Positions 51,112-64,000 of a stretch of 64,000 bases of DNA are shown here, piece after piece. This stretch comes from Octopus bimaculoides. Its lineage: Eukaryota. The position numbers were made by a program, and so were the translations under genes. Position 1 is the first letter of the stretch. Every line of letters starts with the position of its first letter. The stretch covers positions 154,546,098 through 154,610,097 of the forward strand of contig NC_068981.1 in NCBI RefSeq assembly GCF_001194135.2, read 5' to 3'. The notes under the pieces are model-generated. The model was not told the DNA's origin. It saw only the letters and a program-made list of their open reading frames with translations, and searched no databases.

Positions 51112-52689
51112 TGTGTGTGTGTGTGTGTGTAATTTCATTTCTATTTACATAGCTATTGTGATTCTGTTCTTTTTCTTTTTTTTAATTATGTCTTTCTACC
51201 TACTTTTATCTGCTAATGTTGATTGCATAGAGCCATAACTGGCTTATCAAGCAGTGTCCAGGAAATTATAGTGTCCATGCACACATAAATGGCTGATCTA
51301 ATAATTACTGTGTCTATGCATTTAGTAAGGATGACATAGTAAAATTACTCCCATTCCCCTCCAATCAGCAGAAAGTAGCTTCACAGTTTTCTGCTATAAA
51401 TTTACATGGCTCTTACATCAAGATTTCATTAGTCAGGAGCTATTCTCCTAAAAGTTTAGAGGAATATATACCAAATTTCACAAAAGGCTGAATTGTTCTT
51501 CTACAATTACCAATGCAGCCTTGTATATCAAACAAAACAATTTAACATTTCATGGGCCAGTCCACTTTAGTTATTAATAGGTAAAGTGAGGAAGCATGGC
51601 TTAATATGTGTACATATCTTTGCGTTTGTCTCCATTCTGCTTGACAATCAGAGATGGTTTCTTTACATGCCCATATACAATGATGCAGGTATGGCTGTGT
51701 GGATACAGAGTTTACTTTATAACCACATGTTTCAGGTCCTATCCCACAGATTAGCACTTTTAGGCGAGTGCCAACTACAACAGGTGTGAATGTATATAAA
51801 TGTTAATTGATGAGCCCGTCTTGTGCATGTGTCTGTGTCTGTGTTTGTCCCTCAAGTTATTTGGCACTTCTTTATACAACTGATTGTCACATGTCTCTAC
51901 CAGCACAGTCTTTTCCCTTGTACATCCAGATTTATCTCAGTGCATTTGTGTTCCACTGTTCATGCACGCTCACATATTTATATACCTAGCACATAGACAT
52001 ATAAATACACATAAACATGTGTGCATAAAAGCACATGTGTATGCACACATTCACATGCATACACCCTTCACACCCTCCATGTATTCACACATATGAATGC
52101 ACATACAGCACACACATGCATGTGTATTTATGTACATGCATGATATAAATGAATAATAAAAGTCTTTCAGTACATGAAAATACAATTTATTTCACAATTT
52201 CAAATAAATTTATATCTAATATTTCAGCATAAAATGTCTCTTTCTAAGTAATAATCTTGGAAAAACCATATCAGCTACAAACAAACGAAAGAGTAAATGT
52301 AGTGAAACTTCAAAGGTTTTTAGATCTTCTGATTGTCATGCTGCCAAACAGTTGACGTATCTTCTAAATGTGAGTGATTTAGTGAAATAACATTCTTGGA
52401 TAAAGGCATTTCACTTATAGATGATATTGATGTAAGCAACGTCTCTATTACCATGGTACAGTATCATTTGAGGTTTTGCACTCAGTTGGATCAATCTATC
52501 TTCTCTTTGTTTCTCAGTTGTATCAAACTATCTTTTACTTTTTGATGTCGAAATAATAATGGTAAAATGTTTTCCTTCTCTCTGTTTCTTAAAATCATAT
52601 CCTCATTTAAAATATAAGCTATGTTGGGTGCAGAAGTATAGTTAGCATACTAAATGAATTAGAAGCACTTTTTAGTATATGGTTTACAA

Positions 52690-55585
52690 TTTATCTCACC
52701 CCATGGCATCACAGGGACCAGCCATCAGAGTAAACAGCAGCATAATAGATAAGACAATTAAGGACATGAAGACAGGGAAAGCCTCTGGGCCATCAGGAAT
52801 CTCTATCGAGATAATTAAAATTTCCAGTAGTGTAGGATACAGCTTAGTCACCTGTATTGTTAATCAGGTTATTCAGGAAGGCACCAATGACTGATGTAGT
52901 AGTATTATAGTTAGCTGCTACAAGGGTAACGATAATGCCTTAAATACAAACAACCACAGAGGTATCAAATTGCTTGACCAAGTCATGAAAGTTACTGAGA
53001 GGGTTATAGCTCAAGTGATAAGAAATAGAATTAAACTAGATGAGATGCTGTTTGCTTTTGTACATGGAAAGAGTACTACAGATGCCATTATCCTAGTGAG
53101 AAAGCTGCAGGAAAAGTACTTGGCCAAGTGTAAGCCATTGTACTTAGCCTTCGACAGAGTTTCCCACTCTGTTATATAGTGGTCGCTAAGGAAGTTAGGA
53201 GTAGAGGAGTGGCTTGCTAGAGCTGTGCAAGCCATGTATAGTGGTGCTGTTAGTAAGGTGAGAGTCAGCCATGAATACTGTGATGAATTTAGTGTACACC
53301 AGGACTCAGTTCTCAGCCCATTCTTGTTCATTATAGTTCTCCAGGCTATAACAGAGGAATTCAAACTGGGTGCCTTTAGAAACTGCTATATGCTGATGAC
53401 CTTGCTCTTATTGCAGAATCTTTAGTAGAATTGGGGAAGAAATTCTAGGTATGGAAACAAAACTTGGAATCAAAGGGCCTTAAAGTTATCCCAACGAAGA
53501 CCAAAGTTGTTGTTAGTAAGAAAGAAGATACAACTCTCTTTCTGTCAGGTAAATGATCCTGCATAATATGTAGAAAAGGAGTTGGAAGAAATTACATTCA
53601 CTGCACCCAGTGTAAACTATGGGCACATAAGAGGTGCAATAGAATCATAGGTAAATTAACAGATAAAGTCATCTTGTTTGTGGCAGATGTGCAGGAACAA
53701 TAAGCACTAAGAACACATGGGACTTAGATTCTCTCAAATGCCCAAGAGCTCTCTTGAGGTTGTAGATAGTTTTTGTTACCTAGGTGACCAAACTAGTAAT
53801 GGTGGCAGATGCTCTGAAAATATTGTTTCTGGAATGAGGATTGGGTGGAGGAAGTTCAGACAGTTATTACCTCTGTTGGCTACAAAGAGATTCTCTCAGA
53901 GTGAAAGGCAGACTATATGATGCTTATGTGCGAATGGCTATACTCTATGGTAGTGAGACACGGGCTCTGAATGCAGAAGACATGCGTAGACTGGAGAGGA
54001 ATGAAGGTAGTATGCTCCATTGGATGTGCAACATCAGTGCACATGTACGGCAAAGCGCAAATGTATTGAGAGAAAAGTTGGGTTTAAGAGGAAGCAAATG
54101 TAACATGCAACAGAGAAGACTACGTTGGTTTGGACATGTGATGCGTATGAATGAGGACAACTGCATAAACAAGTGCTAACCATTGAAAGTGGATGGTACC
54201 CACAGAAGAGGGAGACCCAAGAAGAAGTGGGATGAAGTGGTAAGGACTGAACTCAGGATATTGGGCCTCATGGAGAAAATGATAACAGACTGAGATGTCT
54301 GGTGATATGAGGGTCTTGAGAAGACCTGCTCACATCAGCGAAACTGAGTTCTAGAAGCACTGTGTCCCATCTACACTTAACAAGAAAATTTCTCACACAC
54401 TCTACCACAACAAACCAAACTATGCCTCTTCTCTTCCTCACATTTCCGCTTCATACACTATACTTACCTCCTACTCCCCAACCTTGTCCTCTTGGCCCTG
54501 TGCCACTGTATCATTGCTCTCTGCTAGCCTTCGACCTGTGTGTTCCACCCACATGCCCTGTCTCACTGTATTATTGCTACCTGCTAGCCCCCAACTTGTG
54601 TATTCCACCCACATGTAACAAAAAAACTTTTCACTCACCCTACCCTAACAAACCAATCTACATCTCCACATCTCTTCCCTCCCTCACATTTCCTCCTTCA
54701 TACACTATGCCTAGCTCTCACTCCCCAATCCTATGCTCATGACCCTGTTCCTCTGTATCATGCTATCCAGTAACCCCACTGACTCTATATATACCCAGGT
54801 TTTTCACCACTCACTTCCCCACCTCCACACTCTTTAATCACACTTCGTTTGCAATATCCTGCCACTTATATCATGGCGTTTAAACCTCAAGGGTATGCCC
54901 TGGCACTTGCCACCATATATATCTCTCTCTTCCTTTACTCAACCATCCCATTTATATTCTGATCCTTGCCCCTTGTGAGTGTTCCCAACATTTTGCCACC
55001 ATCTCTATCCCGCTGTCTCCCACTCTCTCTCTCTCTCTCCTTCTCCTGCACTTCCTTCAGGTTGGGTAACTATGTACTTCCTTTGTGGTAGCACACCTGT
55101 TTCCGTCTTCATTTCTGATCTCTTTCTCTCTCTCTCTCCAACCTGGTAACTTTGTACTTCCTCTACAGCAAGACACCTGTTTCTGTCTCTCTGTCTCACT
55201 ATAACCTTTCATCAGCCAACACAAGATCACCTCCTCCAATGCCCCCTCGCCTCTTGAAAAAAATTCTTTTTTCTTTGTCTTGCAAGTACTTGGTAACCCT
55301 GACAGTACAGGTGCCACTTAAAAGCACTCAGTCCACACTGTAAAGTGTTTGGTGTTCGGAAGGGTATCCAGCTGTAAAAACTGACCTCACCTGTGCTTGT
55401 GTCACATAAAAAGCATTAAGTCCAGTCTGCAGAGTGGTTGGTGTTAGGAAGGGCATCCAGCTGTAAAAATCCTGTCAAAACAGTCACAGAAGTCTGATGC
55501 AGGCTTCTGCCTGGCTGGCTCTTGTGAAACCATCCTACCTATGAAAAGCGGACGTTAAACAATGATAATGATGATAATGATGATG
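52690..55585 (+). mobile_element. Longest RTE LINE copy (5'-truncated, about 2.9 kb): RT, long pyrimidine-rich 3' UTR and tail
   Basis: GKASGPSG, LLDQVMKVTERVI, GKSTTDAI, QEKYLAK, HQDSVLSPFLF, a YADD equivalent (tatgctgatgac near 53388) and RRLRWFGHVMRM; stops and frameshifts throughout; ends gcggacgttaaacaatgataatgat. Confidence 0.9.
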
Positions 55586-57547
55586 TGTGTCTTCATGTCT
55601 CTGTCTGCCCACAATATCTCTTGACAACTGATGTTGGTGTGTTTATGTCTCCATAACTTAGCAGTTTAGTAAGAGAGACTGATAGAATAGTATCAGGCTT
55701 AACAAAAATAAGTACTGGGGGCGAATTTTTTCGATTAAAAATTCTTTAAGGTAGTGTCCCAGCATAGCTGCAGTATAATGACTGAAGTAAAAGATGAACA
55801 ATAAAAAATTTCTGTACATAATTAATTTTAATGTTTCTCTACTATTTTGAGATGTAAATGAACAGTGAAACTGGATGGACATTCAGATGGAAGCCAAGTT
55901 CTTCTTAATATATCACATATGTATCACACACACACACGAAACATATATTGTAGATATTATATGTATTATAATACAAGTAATACATGTGTATTATAAAATA
56001 TCATATATGTATTACATGCTTTAGAACAGTTTCTGTCTACCAAATTTCACTCATGGGTGTTGGTCAACCTTGAAATAAATAACATCTATGACTATAATGC
56101 ATCATTTCATGAATCCTTACATAAAAATAAAGTCTTCATGGGTGTGTATGAGTTATTTTATATTACAATACAGCTATAGATAGTAGATTTGGAGCCTGTA
56201 TTTTAAAATTGGGTTTTTTCTTTGTACAGCAAATCACTCAACTATGAAATGAAAGTTGTAGCTCCTTTTCAGCTAGGTTTAGTGAGACAGCAAGAGTAAT
56301 GTGTAGAACACACGGTAAGCTGCTAGCAACTTCGAACTTTTGCTTTGTGAACCTGAATCTGTCTATCAGAGCTCCACTTTCAATGTTACTATTTAATAAA
56401 AAGTAAATGATAAATTTGAATAATATGGTAAAAATGTCAGTTGGTATCTATAAATAATAATTCACCTACTTTTGTGTCTGTAGAAAGTGAAGAAAGTTAA
56501 GTGATATATTTTGTAAGTATAGTACAAGTTGATGGCTATGGAACAGTTGTGAGTTCAAAATTTGTCCACAGACACAAACCAGTTCTGTTAGAGACTGTAT
56601 ATATACTGTATTGTGAATCTGTAAATTAATACTTCCCCCAATTCACAGCTGAGTGGTTAACATCAGATAGTGCCTTAATTAACTAATTAGCAGTTAAAAT
56701 AAATCTTCAGAAGCAGTCTACCTATGTTAAAATGAGAAAAAAAGGGTAAGGACTAAGTACATGCTTACACACAGGACTAACAAAGGAACATGTTAGTCAA
56801 ATCATTAGCCTGACTCCTTCCAATAATACCCTATTGGCCCAGAAAAAAATAGAGTACATTGAACAGTGTTGTCTGAGGTATATTATGGTTGAAAAGCAGT
56901 TGAGTTGGTCATGGCTGAAAGGAACGTGATTATAGGCTTGCACCATCAAAGCTAACTTGAGCTAAACAACAACAACACACACAGTAACCACACACACACT
57001 TCCTCTCTCTCTATTCCGTTTTAGTGTTCATGTTTGGTTTGAACTTGCTAAACAATATTGATCTAGAATCTGAGTCCCAAGTTTCAGGACAATGGTTGCA
57101 TGCATAAAGACCTCTGTTGCAGATTACAATCAATAAATGCTGGCAAGTTGAAATATGTCATGTTGGGTTGGTAGTTTCTTAATGTAGTGTCTTCATTTTT
57201 CTATATTTTTTTTATGTTAGATATAAGGCCTCTTTTCATGGAAATAGTATACATGTATGCAATTGTTGTAGTTGTGGTAGTGGTGAAAAATAGTTAACTA
57301 ATCACAGAAAAACAGACAGATAGGAAGATATATATATATGTGATATATATAGCACATAAATACATATGTATGCATATATATATATATATACACATACATA
57401 TATATATACATACATACATACATACACACACACATATATATATATATATATACATATGTGTGTGTATACATATATACAACAGATATATATATATGTGATA
57501 TATATAGCACATAAATACATATGTATGCATATATATATATATTTATA

Positions 57548-57582
<35 letters not shown>

Positions 57583-58247
57583 CAATTGAATATATTGATA
57601 GATTGATAGATGGATGGATAGATTTAATGAAGAAATTCCAAAATTAGAAGCAAAACCTAAACTCAAGAGGCCTCAAAGCAAACCTTGCAGGAAATGAGAC
57701 AAGACCCAAGTTCTGACAGGAAAGTGGCCACGATCAATATGCCAAAAAAGGTGAATTTCATGTGTTGTATGCATGTGTGTGTGTGTGTGTGTGTGCGTAC
57801 GTGTGCTCACATGCTCATATTAGAGAGAACTCCAGATTATAAGTGCAAACTCCCCGCTCTCTGGACCCTTTCTTTTCTTCCATTTGCTTTCATTCTCTTC
57901 ACTAGACCAGACCAATCCCTAAGTTTTTGTTCCTCCTATTGTATACATACATTTTTCCATTCCTGCCATCACCCCCTTCCCCACCAGTTTAACTACTGGT
58001 CTGAAACTAGCTGCACTGTTTACTTGTATAAGCATGAGTGTATGCGAGGAGAAATATGTTTTCATTTTCCTATTTTTCTATTTCCTTATATTTAACTATT
58101 CCTCACATTCAATTTTCTTCATATACTTCTCTCTTTCTTTCTAGTCTCATAAAGTAGATATGTGTTCAAGCATGAACACCTGCAAACCTTTTTACCACTC
58201 TAAACCAATGATTTTCATCTTATTTTCTATGTGTGTGTGTATATATA

Positions 58248-58283
<36 letters not shown>

Positions 58284-58529
58284 TGTATGTATGTATGTAT
58301 GTATGTGTATACATATAATATATCAATATATAAACACACACACACACAAAGAGGCATGGGTTTGTGGTAAGCAGCTTGCTTCCTAACTACATGGCTCCAG
58401 GCTCAGTCCCACTGTGTGGTTCCTTGGGCAAGTGTTTTCTACTATAGCCTCAGGTGGACCAAAGCCCTGTGAGTTGATTTGGTAGAAGGAAACTGAAAGA
58501 AACCCGTTGTATGTGTGTGTGTGTGTGTA

Positions 58530-58612
<83 letters not shown>

Positions 58613-58614
58613 GA

Positions 58615-59620
58615 AGCAACTATAGAGGCATCAAACTCTTGGAGCTGGTAAATTATGGAGAGAGTAATAGTTCAATTAATTAGGGACATAATTAGCCTAG
58701 ATGAAATGCAGTTCAGTTTCATTCAGAGAAAAAGCACTACCAACACTATTTTCATAGATAAGCAAGAGAAGTACTTAGCTAAGAATAAATTATTATACTT
58801 GGCATTTACTGATTTAGAGAAAACCTTCGATAGAGTACACTGCTGTGTGATATGGTGGGTACTGAGGAGGCTGGGGATAGAGGAGTGGCTAGTGAAAGCT
58901 ATACAGGCCATGTACAAAGACACTATCAGTAAGGTGAGAGTTAATCAAGAGTTCAGAGAAGAATTTGGTGTACATGTAGGGGTTCATCAAGGTTCAGTCT
59001 TTAGTCCCTTCCTTTTCATAGTTGCCCTCCAGGCCAAAACAGAGAAATTCAAGACTGGCAGCCCCTGGAAACTGCAATATGCTGATGATCATGCCCTCAT
59101 AGCAGATTCCATATAAGAACCAGAAGAGAAATTCCAGGTATGAAAGCAAAACCTGGAATCTAAGGGACTTAAGGTTAACTTAGCAAAGACTAAAGTCCTA
59201 ATAAGCAAGAAAACTGACAGGACCCTACCCACTTCAGGTAAGTGGCCCTATTCAATTTGTAGAAAAGGTGTAGGCAGTGACTCCATATGGTGTACCCAGT
59301 GTAAGCTATGGACACACAAGAGGTGCAGTGAATTAATAGGAAGAATATCAGAGAAGGTAGTGTTTGTATGTGGAAGATGCACAGGATCCATAAAAATTAT
59401 AGAGACTCATGAAATTAATTCTCTCAAATGCCTTGGTATTTCATTAGAGGTAGTAGATAATTTCTGCTACCTAGGGAACTAAATTAGTATTGGAGAGGAT
59501 GCACAGTGCATGTGACAGCTAGAATAAGAATAGAATGGAGGAAATTCAGAGAGCTGTTACTTCTGTTGGCTATAAAAGGATTCTCTCTCTGAGTGAAAGG
59601 AAGAATGTATGTATATGGAC
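58615..59620 (+). mobile_element. RTE LINE RT fragment
   Basis: ORF 58655-59116 has FTDLEKTFDRV, GVHQGSVFSPFLF and YADD; later frames are broken. Confidence 0.9.
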
Positions 59621-59621
59621 A

Positions 59622-60230
59622 GCAGTTCTACAAGTGCCAGAAAGGCGACGCTGGGCACAGGTGCCATCACGATTTCGCTTTCGCTTGCCCCAACAGGTCT
59701 TCACAAGTCGAGTTTCCTGTCCAATGAAGGAAAGGTATGCATAAGTGGGCTGGCTACACCCCTGGCAGAGGCCTTGGATTTAGGTCTCACTTGGCTTGCC
59801 GGGTCTTCTCACGCACAGCATATTTCCAAAGGTCTCGGTCAGAAGTCATCGCCTCGGTGAGGCCCAATGTTCAAAGGTCTTGCCTCACTACCTCATCCCA
59901 GGTCTTCCTGGGCCTACCTCTTCCACAGGTTCCCNNNNNNNNNNTGCCGGGTCTTCTCACGCACAGCATATTTCCAAAGGTCTCGGTCAGAAGTCATCGC
60001 CTCGGTGAGGCCCAATGTTCGAAGGTCTTGCCTCACTACCTCATCCCAGGTCTTCCTGGGCCTACCTCTTCCACAGGTTCCCTCAACTGCTAGGGTGTAG
60101 CACTTTTTCGCACAGCTATCCTCATTCATTCTCGCCACATGACCATACCAGCGCAATCGTCTCCCTTGCACACCACAACTGATGCTTCTTAGGTTCAACT
60201 TTTCTCTCAAGGTACTTACACACTCTAATA
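59622..60230 (-). mobile_element. RTE LINE 3' fragment (young subfamily)
   Basis: ORF 59914-60210 RRLRWYGHVARM...GRGRPRKTWDEV; matches 23700-23860. Confidence 0.88.
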
Positions 60231-61399
60231 AGGATTATTACGAAGTGGCATAGCATTACTTTTAATTCCTTTTTATATATATAGCTTTACATAGACCTAC
60301 ACATATTTTAACAGTATCAATTAGTAACTGTTAAAACTGCAGCCCTACCAAAATACCAGAGCAGTTTCTTCAGGGTCTTCACTTTATTATCCATTGAATT
60401 AACTGTTTAATGTTTTTCATTTATCAACTCTGCATTGTATGATGTAGAATTGTCTGTTAATTTAGACATGAACTATCTTCAATTCAAGTTTTGATTGGAT
60501 AATCACTTATAGCCTGTTATTTCAAAACATTCTGTTGTTTAAATGTTTATCACACATTTATACTGAGCAAAAGTGAATTTTCTTATGTGCAAGCATCTTA
60601 AAGCTTGTTCTTGTCTAGAATTGATTATATTACCCTTAGATGTAAAAATTTGGTAATATTCTTCTAAATATAAGTCACATTTATTAGTTCCAGGTCTGTA
60701 TGATATTGCAGTACTAATTGATTCTTAATTCATAATATAATCTTTGTTCCTGTCTTTAATAGACCGAATCAATTTACTTAGACTTGTTTGGAATCTTTTA
60801 TTTTTATCTCGAAATGAACTTAAGTGATTAGCCGGTCTCTTCTTGAAAATTAGTGCAGTCACACTGATGTAAAATATTCATTTCTCTCAGATGTAACTTT
60901 ACATCTATGTATTACAATTTTAGTTTTACATTTATTATTCATATAACAGGAGTCTCATTTAGAACAATTGCAGAGATAATTTTTCATATTTCTCTTAGAT
61001 TTAGTATTAATTTGATCACTCATGGTAAAATAAAATTCGTGTGTGTGTGTGTGTGGGGGGGGGTGCATGCGTGCATGCATGCATACATACATACATACAT
61101 ACATATATATACAGGTAGTTGTTATGGTCAATACACAAAATGGATGTGAAGGATACTTCATTGGTATATGAAGATCACAATATAAACAACATGAGTAAAA
61201 TTTGAAGTGAAGAGGAAACAAACAAGAAATACTATGTGGGAAAAGACAAATGAAAGTATGAGTTTGAAAAGTATAGAAATATAAAGCAAAAAAACTATGA
61301 ACTAAAAAGAATACAAAGAAGCATAATGCCCAAAAAGGAAGAAGTAGAAGAGAATCATACAATTTAGGTGATACTCTTTATCAAAGAGAAGTAAAAAAA

Positions 61400-62650
61400 A
61401 AAGCAGACAAAAGAAAGAGAGCAGAGTGATGATGTGTAGGAGGGGAGACGTGAGGGGAGATGTACAGTAACAGAGATGGAGATCAGAAGTACACAAGGAT
61501 GGCTATAGTGGATGAGGGCTGACGATGGCAAATATGAGAGGCTATTGAGAAAGATAGCAGAAATGAGTGGATATTAAAGATGGGATATGGTAGTCCAAAA
61601 TGCAGATCAGGTGGAGAGAGGACAACAAAGTGGGAAGGAATGATATAGAGAATAAGGGACGGTTGTTATGGTCTCATATGATCACAGCAGCTGAACAGTG
61701 TTGTAGTTTGAGGAGTGATGGAGGGAATGGGTGTTAGAAAGATAAGAGATAGAGCAGGCTTGACACTGACAGATTGGGTGAAGGAGTACAGTGCTGTGAG
61801 TGTATAAATATAAAGATAATGTTTTTAGGACATCCTTTCACTGTGACAACTTGATTTTCTAGAGTACATCAATCCTCTTCGTCCTTTGTCATCTCCTCTG
61901 TAAGGATCAACATTGAGATCAGCCTTCAATTTTTTGTCCTATATGTTCGTGGATCTCCCTTTTCCATAAATTTTATTCACTTTAAGTGACTAGCACTTCT
62001 TTATACAGCTGTCCTCATCCATATACATCACATGACTATATTAATGCAGTCTCCTTTCTTGCATACTACATGTGATTCTTCTGATGACCAATTTTTTCTC
62101 AACACATTTGCACTTTGTTGTACAAGCACACTGATATTACATATTCAACAGGGCATAGTTACTTCATTTCTTTCTTGTCTTCACATGTCCTCTGCAGTCA
62201 GGGCCCACATTTTTATAACCAGGTAGCATTGTTATTCATACACAAGCATTGTACATTCTGCCTTTCACTCTGAGAAAGAGTAACTTTTTGTTACCAACAG
62301 AAATAATAGCTCTCTGAACTATATCCGTCATATTCTTATTCTAGAAACTATACTTTCAGAACATCCTCCTCCACTGATAATTAGGTTACCTAAGTTTCAG
62401 AAACTATCTATTTCCTCTAGGAAGCCTCCTGGGCATTTGAGAAAATCTATTTTCAGTACATTCTTAATGTTTATTGCTCCTGCACATCTGTCACATACAA
62501 AGTCTACTTTCTCCATTAACCTTCTTGTAATTCCACTGCACGTTTCGTATGTCTATAGCTTACACTGTGTACACCAATGGAGATTCTGCTTACACCTTTT
62601 CTTCATATCAAGCAGAGGCATTATATATAATACCTGTATATGTGTGTAGG
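61400..62650 (-). mobile_element. RTE LINE 3' part
   Basis: Reverse-complement homology to 53600-54900 (RT end plus purine-rich UTR). Confidence 0.75.
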
Positions 62651-62704
62651 TGTGTATATATTTCAAAAGTATCCTTGCATTACTTGGGAAGCAATAATGT
62701 CCAC

Positions 62705-64000
62705 ATCATCATCATCATCACCATCTAACATCCGTTTTCCATGTTGACATGGGTTGGATGGTGTGACAGGAGCTAGCAAGGCTAGGAGCCATACCAGGCT
62801 CCATTGTCTGTTATGACCAGGTTTTTATTGCTGGATGTTCTTCCTAATGCTAATCACTTTACAGAATGTACTGAATGCTTTTTATGTGGCACTATCATCG
62901 ACAGGGTCACCAGGTTCCTTGTAAAATGAAAAAGTGAGAAAAAAGGCTAAAAACCCTTTGACTGAGAGGAGGGAGTAGTGCTGAGTGGGCAGTGGCTTTG
63001 TGCCAGTTGGCCGTATAGAGGGCCATAGATAGGTGTCTTGCTGTAGTGTAGATACATGGATACCCAGTTGGAGAGGAAAGGAGAGTCAGTTAAAGAGTAA
63101 GATTACGAGAGTGATAGTGAAAGACATGAGTCTTGAGGGGTTTGGAGAATAAATAGGTGAAGTGATAGAGGTTTTGGCTGAGTGAGTAGGGAGGATAGAG
63201 GTGACTAGCAAATGATGGAGAGAAACTTAGGAGAAGCTTAGGGAGGAGAGTTGCAGTAGTTATGTGAGGATATTGAGGATGATAGCAGAAAGGAGGTGGT
63301 TGGTGGAGACAGTAGACAAGTGAAGATTATGAGAAATGGAAGTGGTTTAGGACTGGGAAGAGAAGTAACTAAGAAAGGTGTTGGGTGTAGTATGTGCCTA
63401 ATCTGCTTGAGAAATGATGGGTGTTATGGGATGAAATGTGGGTGGGGGGATGACAGAGGCAGAGAGGATGGGGGTGAAGTGGGGCAGAGACTCTCACAGA
63501 CAAGCATTACCAAGGTGGTTTTAGGATATCAATTTTGCTGTGGTGGGTGGATCTTCTTGAGTACAGCAAGGCACCAGATATCTCAATCCTTATCTTCTCT
63601 TTCATAAGGCTCACCATCTTGAGATTGACCTTGAACACTGCATTCCATGTCTTCCTAGGTCTCCCTCTTCCACAAGTTCCATTCACTTTAAGTGATCGGA
63701 ATTTCTTTATGCAACTGTCCTCATCCATATGCATCACATGACCAAACCTGTGCAGTCTTCTAACTTGCACACTGCATCTAATTCTTCTTATACCTAACTT
63801 TTCTCAATACACTATTACTATGTTGAACTTACATATTCCTCTCTCATCTTTGCATATCCTCTACATTCAGGGCCCATGTCTGACAACCATGTAGCATTGC
63901 TATTTGTACACATGCATCATACAACCTTGCTTTCACTCGGAGACAGCAAGACCTCTGGTTGCCAACAAAGATAAAAGTTCTCTGAACTCTTCTCATCCTA
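62705..64000 (-). mobile_element. RTE LINE 3' part running off the window end
   Basis: (CAT)n tail at 62705; ORF 63507-63770 RRLHRFGHVMHM...GRGRPRKTWNAV. Confidence 0.8.

Noticed and set aside
57328-57545. Duplicated compound microsatellite block, about 155 bp apart
   Set aside because: Low-complexity slippage or duplication with no sign of function.
630-58620. Many ORF-track entries rich in YI/HT/CV repeats or X
   Set aside because: They are translations of microsatellites and N gaps, not proteins.
59806-60073. Direct repeat of about 130 bp in an RTE tail
   Set aside because: Flanks a 10-N gap; assembly artefact.
1-64000. Prokaryote-type systems (CRISPR arrays, operons, defence islands)
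   Set aside because: The window is spliceosomal-intron animal DNA; no repeat-spacer array or bacterial-like gene was seen, and the 60-bp repeat has no unique spacers.

Overview
AT-rich animal genomic DNA, dense in microsatellites, with many N gaps. The repeat families (RTE LINEs with (GAT)n tails, tRNA-derived SINEs, Penelope, R4/Dong, mariners) look like those of a coleoid cephalopod, probably Octopus; this is an inference from recalled repeat sequences, not a database match. The only host gene I can support is inversin (INVS/NPHP2) on the minus strand. It has six ankyrin-repeat exons (35315-35413, 29266-29341, 18338-18444, 14720-14885, 7426-7633, 131-211), all with GT-AG boundaries and consistent phases, splicing to 737 nt of open frame. 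Five of the six are absent or only partly visible in the ORF track. The gene is open at both window ends, and I found no exon in 35414-64000. Everything else is intronic transposon debris, microsatellite and gap-flanking assembly duplication. Top leads: (1) several inversin codons depart from the ankyrin/vertebrate residue only by G-to-A changes that A-to-I editing would reverse; (2) three R4/Dong fragments and an unclassified 560-bp element all sit in (TAA)n tracts within 2.4 kb; (3) a tandem pair of RFX X-boxes lies in an intron of this ciliary gene; (4) Penelope terminal repeats carry hammerhead-like cores, one as a long inverted pair; (5) a 60-bp E-box-bearing minisatellite lies inside an RLE-type retroelement relic. 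Transposon boundaries are approximate unless termini are stated.
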